Assembly: GCA_903873905.1 (NCBI GenBank)
Contig: CAIQQJ010000131.1
Coordinates: forward strand, 22,729 to 86,728
Length of the DNA stretch: 64,000 nucleotides
DNA from: an uncultured Flavobacteriales bacterium
Lineage (GTDB): Bacteria > Bacteroidota > Bacteroidia > Palsa-965
Direction of reading: 5' to 3'
Under the pieces are notes generated by a model that searched no databases, was not told the DNA's origin, and saw nothing but the letters and a program-made list of their open reading frames with translations. Below are positions 54,070 through 62,523 of this stretch, one piece after another. The translations under genes and the position numbers were made by a program. The number at the start of each line of letters is the position of its first letter. The first letter of the stretch is position 1.

Positions 54070-55934
54070 AAAGCAGGATTAGTCTTTTTTATTTTAGGAT
54101 CCATGTGGATCAAATCACTTTCCTCCATTCGTTTTTCAATTATCAAACGAGAAGGATCGGTAATCTTTCCTTTCAAATATTGTTCGACCAACAAGGTTGC
54201 AATTGGGGCACCCCACCAAGCACCCTGCCCCGCATTTTCAACAAGCACCGCAACGCAAATTTTTGGATTAACACGAGGAGCAAAACATACGAATACAGAG
54301 TGATTGTCGCCATGCGGATTTTGGGCTGTCCCTGTTTTTCCACAAATATCAATTCCTTGAACCGCCGAAGCACGCGCTGTTCCCGTAATCAAAACATTTG
54401 CCATACCCGAAATTACACTTTCATAATATTCGCGATTGGTAACAAGTGTATAATGCTTCAAATCCCATTTTTCCAAAGGATTTCCATTTCCTACTTTTCG
54501 AATAACATGTGGCGTATAAAAATATCCTCGATTGGCAATTGAACACACTACGTTGCACATTTGCAAAGGAGTCAAGCCTAGTTCAGCTTGACCTATTCCA
54601 AGTGAAATAACGTTCATTGTGTGCCAGCCTTTTCCGAAAATTCCATTATAGGTTTCTACAGTTGGAATATTTCCCTTCATTTCAAAGGGAAGATCAGATC
54701 CCAATTTTTGTCCTGCACCAAAACTCAAAATATATTTTCTCCAATTTTCGAAAGCAGCTTGTGTATTGCCATGAAACTTTGGATTGTCCATAATGGTTTT
54801 GAACACCCACGAAAAATAGGAATTGCAGGATTGAGAAATTGCACCATCAAGATTCAATGGACTGCCATGCGCGTGACAACCGGGCATTCCCTTATTCAAA
54901 GTAAAACCTGAATGACAAGGATATAAAGTGGTAGGTGTAAGAACGCCTTCTTGCTGCCCGATTAAAGCATCCATCAATTTAAATGTTGACCCGGGAGGAT
55001 AATAGGATTGTGATGCGCGATTAAGCAATGGAATTCCAATCGAATCATCATGAAGAATTGTATAGTTTTTCGAAAAATCACGTCCAACAAATAAATTCGG
55101 ATCATATGTAGGACTTGTAATGAGTGCTAAAATTTCTCCAGTAGAAGGATCGATTGCTGCAATGCCCCCTTTTTTATTTTGCATTAATTTTTCTCCCAAC
55201 AATTGCAATTCGGCATCAAGCGTACACACTAAATCCGATCCACGAACAGAAGCTGTATCATACAAGCCATTTTTATAACTGCCCTTGATGTTGTTGTGAA
55301 CATCGCGCATTTTTATTTGTACACCTTTTTTTCCTCGCAAGGCTTCTTCATAACTCTTTTCAATTCCACTTTTGCCAATATAATCGCCCGATTTGTAATA
55401 GGAGGAAGTATCTACAATTCCCTGACTCACCTCACCAACATAACCCAATAAATGCGCGGCAACTGGATAATTATATTTTCTAACCGTACGCGCTTGAACA
55501 TAAAATCCCGTGAACTTATAAAGTCGTTCCTGTATTCGCGCATTTAGTTCCGGCAACATTTGTCCTTCGAAAATATACGTACGATAATCTTTTGAAGCTT
55601 CTTTTAAACTTCCTGAGAATTTAATAAGCTTGGCATCAAAATCAGCTCTGGTAATATTCAGAATCTTGCACAAACCAACCGTATCGCAACCCTTCATGTC
55701 GCGCGGCACCACCATCAAATCATAAGCAACCTGATTGATAACAAGCAGTTTTCCATTGCGATCAAAAACATTTCCACGCGGAGGATAATCGGTTACGTAA
55801 AGGAAGGCCTGATTTTGTGCGGAGAGTTTGTATTGATCATCAACAACTTGTACATAAAAAAGTCGGAGGATGTATAATAAGGCAACTATCCCGGCAAAGG
55901 CAATAAGGATGTAACGACGTGCTCCCGGATTCAT
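54060..55934 (-). CDS. mrdA: penicillin-binding protein 2 (peptidoglycan D,D-transpeptidase MrdA)
   Basis: 624-aa ORF. N-terminal TM. Transpeptidase motifs (STFK, SxN, KTGT). Confidence 0.85.
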   Translation of the reverse strand: MNPGARRYILIAFAGIVALLYILRLFYVQVVDDQYKLSAQNQAFLYVTDYPPRGNVFDRNGKLLVINQVAYDLMVVPRDMKGCDTVGLCKILNITRADFDAKLIKFSGSLKEASKDYRTYIFEGQMLPELNARIQERLYKFTGFYVQARTVRKYNYPVAAHLLGYVGEVSQGIVDTSSYYKSGDYIGKSGIEKSYEEALRGKKGVQIKMRDVHNNIKGSYKNGLYDTASVRGSDLVCTLDAELQLLGEKLMQNKKGGIAAIDPSTGEILALITSPTYDPNLFVGRDFSKNYTILHDDSIGIPLLNRASQSYYPPGSTFKLMDALIGQQEGVLTPTTLYPCHSGFTLNKGMPGCHAHGSPLNLDGAISQSCNSYFSWVFKTIMDNPKFHGNTQAAFENWRKYILSFGAGQKLGSDLPFEMKGNIPTVETYNGIFGKGWHTMNVISLGIGQAELGLTPLQMCNVVCSIANRGYFYTPHVIRKVGNGNPLEKWDLKHYTLVTNREYYESVISGMANVLITGTARASAVQGIDICGKTGTAQNPHGDNHSVFVCFAPRVNPKICVAVLVENAGQGAWWGAPIATLLVEQYLKGKITDPSRLIIEKRMEESDLIHMDPKIKKTNPAFWE

Positions 55935-56449
55935 GTTGTTTGTTTGGTACGATAAAAAAGGAATTGCGTTACAAAAACAAGCAGCAAAGTAGCCGCGGAA
56001 CTTATTATTACGCGGAGTAAGGTGGAAAAGAAATCACGGAAACTGAACATTTCAAGATAGAACAAAATGAAATGATGAATCACAATAATAATTATGGCAT
56101 ACGTGAGAAACCATGCACGTCCCATATCCTGCATCGTGGGTTGTGATCCGAATTCATAACCATCGCGCGGCGCCATGAAACTCAAAATTTTCGGTCGCAA
56201 AAATCCAATTAGCGTACATGTTGCCATGTGCATTCCTAGAGTTCCATAAAAAAGATCAACAAAAAATCCGAGAAGAAAAGAAATTACTAATGTTACCCAA
56301 GGTGGTGTTTCGAATGGTAATTGAATTAAAAATAAAATATACAAGAACGGATTGATGAAAAGCCCAGGCTCCACATTTTTTAGAATAAGCCCCTGCGCTC
56401 CCACAAGAAGAATGAAACGCATGATATGTCTTACAAGATCATTTACCAT
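55931..56449 (-). CDS. mreD: rod shape-determining protein MreD
   Basis: 172-aa hydrophobic ORF between mreC and mrdA, overlapping both by 4-11 nt. Confidence 0.75.
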   Translation of the reverse strand: MVNDLVRHIMRFILLVGAQGLILKNVEPGLFINPFLYILFLIQLPFETPPWVTLVISFLLGFFVDLFYGTLGMHMATCTLIGFLRPKILSFMAPRDGYEFGSQPTMQDMGRAWFLTYAIIIIVIHHFILFYLEMFSFRDFFSTLLRVIISSAATLLLVFVTQFLFYRTKQTT

Positions 56450-57278
56450 TTTCCACCCCCGCTTTTTTGCGCAACTCGTCTAGTTCCACTCGCATCAAAC
56501 TTTTTACAATAAAGGCATGTCGCAATTTCCTGAAATCAGTTCCTAATTTTACTTCTACAGAATATGTTTTTTCACCTGGCTTGAATTCAAAAGATTTTAC
56601 AACTCCAACTGGAACTCCTTCCGGAAATGCATCCCCAAGTCCGCTGGAAATCAAAGTATCTCCTTTTGCTATTTTCGAAAAATCTGGAAGGTCCGCAAGT
56701 GTTGCATATTGGTAACTTCCACCATCCCAGGTTAATTTTCCAAAACTTCCATCCTTTTTCAGACTAGCAGAAATTTTTGTGTCGCTGTGTAAAATTGACA
56801 TGACCACACAATAATTATCGGAAACCTCACGCACAATTCCAACCACTCCTTGCCCGCACACAACACCCATATCAGGCAAAACACCTTGCAATTTTCCGCG
56901 ATTTAAAATGATGTAGTTGTTTCTCAATGTGACCGTGTTGTCAATTACTTCAGCAGGCAAATATTCATAACGCTGTTTGTAGATCGTGTCGTTATAAATA
57001 GTTCCATGAGCGGAATAAAACATCCAAGAAGAATTTTGTTTTGACAATTGATCAGCCAATTTCGTTGATAGAATTTTATTTTGTTCTTTCAAATCGAGAT
57101 ATTCTGAAAAATCTGTTCTTGCTTGATAAATCGAACCTGTAAACCAATTTGCCGCGGAAACAGCACTAGTGTGTTGGAAATAATTCCTTTGAACAATAAA
57201 ATAGACTGAAAGGATTTCCAGAAAAAGGAAAAGCAGAAAGAAATAATTACGTATTACAAAAACCGCAAGATTGCGCAT
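56439..57278 (-). CDS. mreC: rod shape-determining protein MreC
   Basis: 279-aa ORF. N-terminal TM, coiled-coil, then beta domain. Position downstream of mreB. Confidence 0.8.
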   Translation of the reverse strand: MRNLAVFVIRNYFFLLFLFLEILSVYFIVQRNYFQHTSAVSAANWFTGSIYQARTDFSEYLDLKEQNKILSTKLADQLSKQNSSWMFYSAHGTIYNDTIYKQRYEYLPAEVIDNTVTLRNNYIILNRGKLQGVLPDMGVVCGQGVVGIVREVSDNYCVVMSILHSDTKISASLKKDGSFGKLTWDGGSYQYATLADLPDFSKIAKGDTLISSGLGDAFPEGVPVGVVKSFEFKPGEKTYSVEVKLGTDFRKLRHAFIVKSLMRVELDELRKKAGVENGK

Positions 57279-57280
57279 TT

Positions 57281-57470
57281 ACTTTGGGTGATTGGGTGAT
57301 TGGGTAATTAAGTGATTGGGTGATGAAGTGATTGGGTGATGAAGTGACTGGGTGATGAAGTAATTAAGTGATTAGGTTTGTTTTTGATGTTTAATGATTC
57401 TGCTAAATACTTTTCTTAACAAATTTCAAAACCCCCAATCACATCATCACTTAATTACTTCATCACTTTT
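57281..57470. repeat. tandem 8/16-mer repeat array (GTGATTGG / GTGATTGGGTGATGAA) plus an inverted copy forming a long imperfect hairpin
   Basis: GGGTGATTGGGTGATTGGGTAATTAAGTGATTGGGTGATGAAGTGATTGGGTGATGAAGTGACTGGGTGATGAAGTAATTAAGTGATTAGG, then about 50 nt later CCCCCAATCACATCATCACTTAATTACTTCATCAC (reverse complement of the units). Lies between mreB and mreC. Confidence 0.75.
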
Positions 57471-57473
57471 CCG

Positions 57474-58496
57474 CTATTTAATAAGGAAAGGAAACTTGTC
57501 GATATTTTTCAGCGCAATGCCTGTACCACGAGCAACTGCGCGCAATGGATCTTCCGCGACGTGAACCGGCAATTTCGTTTTAAGTGAAATCCGTTTGTCG
57601 AGACCGCGAAGCAGTGAACCTCCACCAGCAAGATAAATTCCGGTGCGGTAGATGTCGGCCGAAAGTTCCGGCGGTGTCATCTCGAGTGCGTTGAGGATAG
57701 CTTCCTCAATTTTTGAAATTGATTTATCAAGAGCATGAGCGATTTCCACATAAGAAACGTAAATCTCTTTTGGAATACCTGTCATCAAATCTCTTCCATG
57801 TACTGGATAATCCGGTGGTGGATTTTCAATCTCCGCCATTGCAGCACCCACTTCAATTTTAATTCGCTCTGCTGTTCTTTCTCCAATGAGAATGTTGTGT
57901 TGACGACGCATGTATTCTTCAATGCTTCCTGTGAATTCATCACCTGCAATACGAATGGATTTATCACAAACAATTCCACCCAAAGCAATGACCGCAATTT
58001 CAGAAGTACCACCTCCAATATCGATGATCATGTTTCCCATTGGCTCTTCAACGTCAATGCCAATACCAATTGCAGCAGCCATTGGTTCATGAATCAGATA
58101 AACTTCTTTTGCTCCTGCGTGTTCTGCAGAATCTCTTACCGCTCGTTTTTCAACTTCGGTAATTCCAGAAGGAATACAAATTACCATTCGCAGAGAAGGC
58201 GAAAATAATTTTCTTCCTGGATTAATCATTTTTATCATGCCGCGAATCATGTGTTCTGCGGCATGAAAATCTGCAATTACTCCATCTTTTAATGGGCGAA
58301 TTGTTTTTATGTTTTCGTGCGTTTTACCATGCATCAACATCGCTTGCTTTCCAACCGCGATAATTCTTCCTGAAGCGCGATCAATTGCAACAATTGAAGG
58401 TTCATCCACAACAACTTTGTCATTGTGAATGATGATGGTATTAGCAGTTCCTAAATCGATTGCTATTTCCTGCGTGAAGAGACTAAATATTCCCAT
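57474..58496 (-). CDS. mreB: rod shape-determining protein MreB (actin homologue)
   Basis: About 340 aa from MGIFSLFTQEIAIDLGTANT (the ORF track starts 15 codons earlier). Actin-fold phosphate motifs (DLGTANT, DIGGGTSE). Confidence 0.9.
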   Translation of the reverse strand: MGIFSLFTQEIAIDLGTANTIIIHNDKVVVDEPSIVAIDRASGRIIAVGKQAMLMHGKTHENIKTIRPLKDGVIADFHAAEHMIRGMIKMINPGRKLFSPSLRMVICIPSGITEVEKRAVRDSAEHAGAKEVYLIHEPMAAAIGIGIDVEEPMGNMIIDIGGGTSEIAVIALGGIVCDKSIRIAGDEFTGSIEEYMRRQHNILIGERTAERIKIEVGAAMAEIENPPPDYPVHGRDLMTGIPKEIYVSYVEIAHALDKSISKIEEAILNALEMTPPELSADIYRTGIYLAGGGSLLRGLDKRISLKTKLPVHVAEDPLRAVARGTGIALKNIDKFPFLIK

Positions 58497-58540
58497 AATA
58501 TTAAAAAAGTCAAAAAAATAAATCACAAATTCCAAATTCA

Positions 58541-58681
58541 AAAAACAAATTCCAAAATTGTGATTCGGAGTTTGTGATTCATAAACTACTTGCTATTTGG
58601 ATGATGTCATTTGTATTTTGAATTCTGTTTTTTGTGATTTGTGATTTATATTTATTGGAATTTGAAATTTGAAATTTTTTA
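58541..58681. repeat. intergenic element with AAATTC(C/A)AA heptamer repeats as inverted arms
   Basis: Left: AAATCACAAATTCCAAATTCAAAAAACAAATTCCAAAATTGTGATT. Right: TTGTGATTTGTGATTT...GGAATTTGAAATTTGAAATTT. The arms are reverse-complementary. Lies between mreB and purH. Confidence 0.65.
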
Positions 58682-60208
58682 TTAATGTTTGAAATGTCTG
58701 TTTCCTGTGAAAACCATTGCCATATTGTGTGCGTCACAATACGCGATGGAATCTTTGTCTTTGATTGATCCGCCTGGTTGAATGACTGCGTGTATTCCAA
58801 CTTTATCCGCAATTTCCACACAATCTGGAAAAGGAAAAAACGCGTCGGAAGCCATTACTGCACCATGAAGATCAAAACCAAAAGCTTTCGTTTTATCAAT
58901 GGCTTGTCGCAATGCATCAACACGTGATGTTTGTCCAGTGCCACTTGCGAGAAGCTGGCGATTTTTTGCAAAGACAATTGTATTTGATTTTGTATGCTTG
59001 ACAAGTTTATTTGCGAAAACCAAATCATCATATTCAGCAGCAGTAGGAACAGCTTTTGTAGCTGGCTTCATATCGGCAGTTGATTCTGTTCGCAGATCTT
59101 TGTCTTGAGTAATTACGCCATTGAGTAAAGAGCGAAATTGCGTTTTCGGAAGACTCACTTGTTTTTGTACAAGTATGATTCTGTTTTGTTTTTGCTTAAG
59201 GATTTCCAATGCAGCTGGATCGAATGAAGGAGCGATAATCACTTCGAAGAAAATTTTTGTGATCTCCAAGGCGGCAACGGAATCAATATTTCTGTTGCAA
59301 ACTAAAATTCCTCCGAAGGCAGAAACAGGATCGGCAGCTAATGCGGCGTTCCAAGCATCTACTACCGAATCGCGAGAAGCCAAACCGCAGGCATTATTGT
59401 GCTTGATAATTGCAAATGTGCATTCGTTGAAATCGGCAATAAGATTTACGGCAGCATCAACATCAAGCAAATTATTGTAGGAAAGTTCCTTTCCTGAAAT
59501 CTGTTCGAACATGCCATTCAGATCGCCGAAAAATTTTGCTTGTTGATGCGGATTTTCTCCGTAGCGCAATGCTTTTCCACCATTCTCAGCTTGACGGAAA
59601 ACCAATTCACTTTCATCGGCATTGAACCAATTGAAAATGGCGGTATCGTAATTGGAAGAAATAGCGAAAGCTTTTGTTGCGAATTTTTTTCTGTCGGATA
59701 AATCTGAATTTCCGTTTTTGTCGTTGAGTAATTCCAACAAGGAAGGATAATCATCGCGGGAAGAAACAATGATAACATCTGCGAAATTTTTTGCTGCAGC
59801 GCGGATCAATGAAATTCCACCGATGTCAATTTTTTCGATGATGTCCTGTTCGGCAGCACCTGAGGAAACGGTTTGTTCGAAAGGATACAAATCAACAATC
59901 ACCAAATCGATTTCAGGAATTTTATATTCTTCCAGTTGATCAATATCAGATTGTAATTCGCGACGACTTAAGATTCCACCGAAAATTTTTGGATGAAGTG
60001 TTTTTACTCTTCCACCGAGAATGGAAGGATAGGAGGTGAGCGTTTCAACAGGTGTAACAGGAATTCCAAGCTTCTCAATAAAAGCTTGTGTGCCTCCTGT
60101 GCTATAAAGTCCAACACCCAGTTCATTCAGTTTACGAATGACGGGTTCAAGATTATCCTTGTAAAAGACAGAAATCAGTGCGTTTTTTATTTTCTTTTGG
60201 CCGCTCAT
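58682..60208 (-). CDS. purH: bifunctional AICAR transformylase / IMP cyclohydrolase
   Basis: About 509 aa from MSGQKKIKNALISVFYK (the ORF track starts 26 codons earlier). MGS-like and AICARFT domains (KTLHPKI..., GGT.A). Confidence 0.9.
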   Translation of the reverse strand: MSGQKKIKNALISVFYKDNLEPVIRKLNELGVGLYSTGGTQAFIEKLGIPVTPVETLTSYPSILGGRVKTLHPKIFGGILSRRELQSDIDQLEEYKIPEIDLVIVDLYPFEQTVSSGAAEQDIIEKIDIGGISLIRAAAKNFADVIIVSSRDDYPSLLELLNDKNGNSDLSDRKKFATKAFAISSNYDTAIFNWFNADESELVFRQAENGGKALRYGENPHQQAKFFGDLNGMFEQISGKELSYNNLLDVDAAVNLIADFNECTFAIIKHNNACGLASRDSVVDAWNAALAADPVSAFGGILVCNRNIDSVAALEITKIFFEVIIAPSFDPAALEILKQKQNRIILVQKQVSLPKTQFRSLLNGVITQDKDLRTESTADMKPATKAVPTAAEYDDLVFANKLVKHTKSNTIVFAKNRQLLASGTGQTSRVDALRQAIDKTKAFGFDLHGAVMASDAFFPFPDCVEIADKVGIHAVIQPGGSIKDKDSIAYCDAHNMAMVFTGNRHFKH

Positions 60209-60680
60209 AATATTTATCGGGAAATAGTAGCCAAAGCTAAGAGTTTTAGCGGGGTGAAAAACGATGAAATCCCCAATTTTCCCCAATGTTAAAAAAAACT
60301 TTTCTTGTTGATAAACTTCGATTTTCGGAGTTTAATTTCCTTCACCAAAAATCGTTTTTCAATGCGAATTAAAATTTGAAAACGGACAAGTGTTCGAGGA
60401 TTTCTATTTCATCAATACAATTCCCCTATATGTGTTTTTGAGAAGAGAATTTACTGTGCCGAATGCGTTGATTTCATAGCCCCGGCTGTAGCGGCACCCC
60501 GCAGTTGCGCTGGATTGCGCATGGAACGAGGAGTATAGCGGAAGACGGGACCAAACGGAAATTTGATGCCGCAGGTGGTGCGCTCCCAAATTACCCCCAA
60601 TGGCGCAATGTTCGCAAAGATTTATTAGAATATTTTGATCTCCCAACTCCTAACTCCCTACTCCTAGCTAACTTTACCGC

Positions 60681-61931
60681 ATGTTATTCCTAACACTACT
60701 CAAAGAAAGTGTGCTATTTGCATTTCATGCCTTGCGGGTAAACCGTTTGCGGACCATGTTGTCGCTTTTGGGAATTACGATTGGCATTTTTGCAATTATC
60801 GCTGTGTTTACGGCGGTTGATTCGATGGCCAATAAGATCAGAAGCAGTGTGAAATCGCTTGGCGATAATGTGGTTTTTGTTCAGAAATGGCCTTGGGTTC
60901 CAGAAGGCGGTGGTGAATATGCTTGGTGGAAATACTTGAATCGGCCAGTTCCAAAAATTGCAGAAAGTGATGAAGTTCGAAGAAGGTTGTTGACTGCTGA
61001 GGCGGTTGTTTACAATGCCAATTCGAGAGCGACTGTTTATTACAAAACCTCCTTTATCGAAAATGCTTCATTGGTAGGAACAACCTTTGAGTACAATAAA
61101 GTAAAGACTTTTGATCTTTCAGCAGGCCGATATTTTACACAGCAGGAATGTGGTGTTGGAAGTTCTGTTGCCATCATAGGAAGCAGTATTGCTGCCGGAG
61201 TTTTTCATGATGAAGATCCGATTGGCAAACAAATAAAAATACTTGGAAGAAAGGTTACTGTCATTGGCGTTTTCAAAGAGGAAGGCGAAAGCATGATGGG
61301 AAACAGCAACGACAATAATGTTTTGATTCCGCTGAATTTCGCACGCACAGTAATGGAAGTTGAAAAGGATGAAGTGGATCCTTTCATTATGGTGAAGGTG
61401 AAAGAAAATGTGAGTACAGCGGATTTGAAAGATGAATTGACTGGCGTGATGCGTAGTTTGCGACGATTAAAACCAGGAGAAGAAAATAATTTTTCATTGA
61501 ATGAAGTGAGTGTTTTGTCGGGACCGATGGAATCTGTGTTTGGTGTGATTGGAACGGTGGGTTGGATCATTGGAGCATTCTCCATTCTAGTTGGAGGATT
61601 TGGAATTGCGAATATCATGTTTGTCTCGGTGCGTGAACGGACTAGTCAGATTGGAATTCAGAAATCGCTTGGAGCGAAAAGTTGGTTTATTCTGATGCAA
61701 TTTTTGGCGGAATCAGTTGTTTTATGTTTGTTCGGAGGAATAATTGGATTGTTGTTGGATTGGGTATTGGTATTAATTGCGAATAGATTCATTGATTTCG
61801 GATTTGTTCTTTCCTTCAACAACATTTCATTGGGATTAACGATTTCAATTTTGATTGGGATAATTTCTGGATTTATTCCTGCCTATTCCGCAGCACAATT
61901 GGATCCGGTAGAAGCGATTCGAAGCAACTAA
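60681..61931 (+). CDS. ABC transporter permease, FtsX/MacB-type
   Basis: 416-aa ORF. N-terminal TM. Large periplasmic MacB_PCD-like domain. Three to four C-terminal TMs (FtsX-like). Confidence 0.8.
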   Translation: MLFLTLLKESVLFAFHALRVNRLRTMLSLLGITIGIFAIIAVFTAVDSMANKIRSSVKSLGDNVVFVQKWPWVPEGGGEYAWWKYLNRPVPKIAESDEVRRRLLTAEAVVYNANSRATVYYKTSFIENASLVGTTFEYNKVKTFDLSAGRYFTQQECGVGSSVAIIGSSIAAGVFHDEDPIGKQIKILGRKVTVIGVFKEEGESMMGNSNDNNVLIPLNFARTVMEVEKDEVDPFIMVKVKENVSTADLKDELTGVMRSLRRLKPGEENNFSLNEVSVLSGPMESVFGVIGTVGWIIGAFSILVGGFGIANIMFVSVRERTSQIGIQKSLGAKSWFILMQFLAESVVLCLFGGIIGLLLDWVLVLIANRFIDFGFVLSFNNISLGLTISILIGIISGFIPAYSAAQLDPVEAIRSN

Positions 61932-61988
61932 AATAAAAAGCCAAATTCCAAAAAACAAAATTCAAAATTCAAAATTCAAAATTTTTCA
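61926..61988. repeat. AAATTCA heptamer tandem repeat (same family as 58541-58681)
   Basis: CCAAATTCCAAAAAACAAAATTCAAAATTCAAAATTCAAAATTT, downstream of the ABC permease gene. Confidence 0.65.
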
Positions 61989-62342
61989 ATGGCCCACGTA
62001 ATCAGAAAACGTCCTCGAATCATTTCAATACTTGGTGTTGTTGGATTTATTGTTTCCGCAGGACAGATCATTGCCATTTCCGCTCCCAGCATTCGTGACG
62101 TGGCGAGTTGGTATCCGATTGTTTATGGGATGATCATTTCACTTCGTTTCATTTCGATTGTTGGTGTGTGGCACATGAAAAAATGGGGGGCAGAATTATT
62201 TACATATGTCACCATTATAAAAATCTTGGCGCAAACACTACTGAATGATTTTGGAATGGTTTCCAGAGGAGATGCAATCATTTCCATCGTCTTCTCCATT
62301 GTGTTGATGAGTTTTTATAAGCGGATGGATAGAGGATTGTGA
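61989..62342 (+). CDS. small membrane protein (hypothetical)
   Basis: 117-aa ORF with 3-4 hydrophobic helices. Confidence 0.35.
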   Translation: MAHVIRKRPRIISILGVVGFIVSAGQIIAISAPSIRDVASWYPIVYGMIISLRFISIVGVWHMKKWGAELFTYVTIIKILAQTLLNDFGMVSRGDAIISIVFSIVLMSFYKRMDRGL

Positions 62343-62523
62343 AAGAATTTTTGATTGTAGTTGTGGATTGTTGATTGAAATTTTTTCCATAATAAAATAA
62401 TTCTTTCACAGCGAATCTCAGCGCCACAGTGCCTCCGCGTTGGAAGATTTGAAATGATGGCCTTTCTTTGAATTGATTTTTTAACGCGGAGAGGCAAAAT
62501 GGCGCGGAGAAACGCGGAGATTA

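Noticed and set aside
612-58208. Numerous short ORF-track ORFs overlapping long genes on the opposite strand or in alternative frames. Examples: 612..950, 1246..1536, 3299..3775, 32335..32784(-), 51898..52653(-), 53444..53959(+), 57735..58208(+), 61205..61618(-), 12592..13350(-).
   Set aside because: Each lies entirely inside a longer ORF that has clear protein-family signatures. Their translations are low-complexity or Cys/Ser/Thr-rich mirror artefacts, for example antisense to the SprB repeats or to ppiD. None has independent start or regulatory context.
60290-60680. ZTP (pfl) riboswitch. The reason to consider it: purH is a classic ZTP-riboswitch target.
   Set aside because: Neither strand shows the conserved UGGCG...GGGA...ACCGGGNGGA and CCGCCUGGGC pseudoknot elements. 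The GC-rich island is kept as an unassigned candidate structured RNA instead.
50160-62400. CRISPR array, considered because of the short tandem repeats.
   Set aside because: The units are 6-16 nt, degenerate and without regular unique spacers of 25-40 nt. No cas genes are in the window.
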